Below are positions 61,958 to 64,000 of a stretch of 64,000 nucleotides of DNA, piece after piece. The translations under genes and the position numbers were made by a program. The notes below the pieces were generated by a model. That model was not told where the DNA came from and ran no database searches. It saw nothing but the letters and a program-made list of their open reading frames with translations. Origin of the DNA: Amphiscolops sp. MND2022 (taxonomy: Eukaryota); the NCBI GenBank assembly GCA_964187785.1, contig OZ076415.1:38936001-39000000 (forward strand), in the 5' to 3' direction. Position 1 is the stretch's first letter; every line of letters starts with the position of its first letter.

Positions 61958-64000
61958 TTTTGAACCTTAAGAGGGGAGTCAACTCGGTTTATTTTGATTA
62001 GGATGATCGTTTCATAAAATTTCATTGTTTTGAAAATCACAAGAGAGTACTTTTCGCATTAATAAAAGTTTGTTTTCGAAGAAAATATTATATTGCGATT
62101 TGCGTAAAGCTTTCAAAGCGCTGAACTAAACAGAATAAACTTTGATTGCAAAAAACCTTCCTCGGAAAAACCTTTAACACTGGGAGTTTTAGCCAATTCT
62201 AGAAGAGGTTGAAACATTTGTCAAGATCAAATTAAGAAAACAATCTTTTCAGCTACATGCAATTTTATGTAAGGTAGAATTAGAAAAAGTTCATTTTTGG
62301 TTTTGATCACGTGTTACGTCTTTTTAATCGCTTCACTTAAGTAATCTTTCACGTCTTCTACTGAGGTTTCACAGGCTACATACTGGCTTTTGAATTCCAC
62401 GGTTCTCTGTTCTATAAAAGAAAAACAATTGCGCCATTGTGTTCAGTTGTCAGTTTCATGCGGACATAAAAAAACTCAAACCCTAATGACTATCTCTTGG
62501 CTTTTCTAAAAGTCATAAAGGATTCGTTTTTTGGAACAAAAATTCGTCAAAAAGTCTTGCATTGACGAAAACTTCATTGAATGTGGTAGTTTCAGTGTCA
62601 TGCCTAAATTTCGAAATAGTTTGCACCCTGATTTCCTCAGCTCAAAAAATGAACGTCCAAGTTTTTTGGAAACCTGAATCAATTAGTTTTAATACAATTT
62701 TCAAGCTATTACGTTTGTGTTACCTGCCGTCGATATTTCTATCGTAAAGAATTCAGCTGGTAACGATACATTTGAAAACTTTGGGGAAGGGCGTATCTTT
62801 TCCACTTGAATTCATTTTTGGGGACATTTTTAAGCATTTCAGTAAAAAGCACTCATTCTTCGCGTCATTTCTTGATATTGATAGACAACTTATTGTGATC
62901 ATAATAAATTAGTTGATATGTGTAACATTGAACAAAAATAAATTATTCGTAATTCTCCCGTCATAGGGTCCCGCGGGATTGCATTGATCTACGTGTTCTC
63001 TCGTTCACGGTTTGTTTGACTAAAAAATTATTCTCACGCATAATTTTTTGAGAAATTGTGATATACTGAACTTTCAACCGTTCATACGACCGATGCCTCC
63101 AATTAACAATTGCATACCTTCTGGAGATGTCTCGTCTACAGCGGTTAACATTTAGATTACATGAAACCGTAAAGTCGTTGACTTTACCATTCTATCTGAT
63201 GATCGTGAATTCATCCTTTTATGACTTGTATCTTACTGTTTTAAATTAGTTAGAACACTATAATGCAACAGGAGTTAAAAAGATCTATAGATGGAGGAGC
63301 TGGGAAATAACAGTTCAACTTATGGAGTCATTGATATGAAAATGTATGCGTTCATCATTCCCAAAAGCGAAACTCGGCAAAAAATAGGCAATGTTGGATA
63401 CACTTTCAGCAAGGGCTCATCAAAAGCATTGTTCAAACTAGAGTCAAGCAAATTTGGACTTGGACATTAATGCAAAGATATGTTATAAATGTTGGATTTG
63501 CATCAAAGCAAATCGTACCATTACTCCCTGTAATTAAATCTGAGATCGTTGATAACCATGTTTGTTTTTCAATGTCGACAAGAACGTCTGTTGCCGAGAA
63601 AGTTTCACTTGCGATGTCGTGCAAAATAAACGCTTTACATCAAATGTCGCCATCCAATGTTTTATCATTTGAACAAAAAGTTCGAATGTTCGTGGAACGA
63701 CTCACGAAACAAATCGACTGTCGAGTTTCTGTTGTCGAAAGAACCGTTCGGCACAGAAACCAGTGTAAGGTCACTTACTTTTAATAAGGACATGGGTTGA
63801 TCAAAGGGAAGAATGGAACTCGGACTCTCGGGGCGTTTCAAAGTATGCTTGAATATTTGTATGAAAACAATGTCATTGAAAATTTCTGATACACCTCATT
63901 AATGGTTTAATCACTTTTCAAGCATGTCAAATACGTCATCGGGTAACAATCAGCAGTGCTCGAACGAGCGTCGTTTACTTTGCCGAGAAATCTAATTACG

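Noticed and set aside
63433-63784. Short ORFs near the right window end
   Set aside because: Multiple stops in all frames and no diagnostic motif.

Overview
AT-rich eukaryotic DNA, probably an invertebrate animal (GT-AG introns, AIFM1, C2H2 genes, no operons or CRISPR). Host genes are a spliced multi-C2H2 zinc-finger locus (7.4-10.1 kb, minus) and an apparently intronless AIFM1-like flavoprotein (14896-16422) with a 5'-truncated tandem duplicate. The rest is mostly nested transposable elements: two Ty3/Gypsy families, a tandem Ty1/Copia, a 1.1-kb mini-Copia, a near full-length decayed LINE, a LINE fragment, and Tc1/mariner-, Mutator- and Harbinger-like MITEs. There are three 2-2.5 kb tandem duplications and one 200-N gap. 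Most notable: (1) a ~190-bp indel-free hairpin core shared by two MITE families with unrelated subterminal arrays; (2) an SGNH-esterase-like extra ORF upstream of the LINE's PHD/RRM/CCHC ORF1; (3) a long antisense ORF behind pol in both Gypsy family B copies. All alignments, percentages and protein assignments were made by eye; no searches were run.
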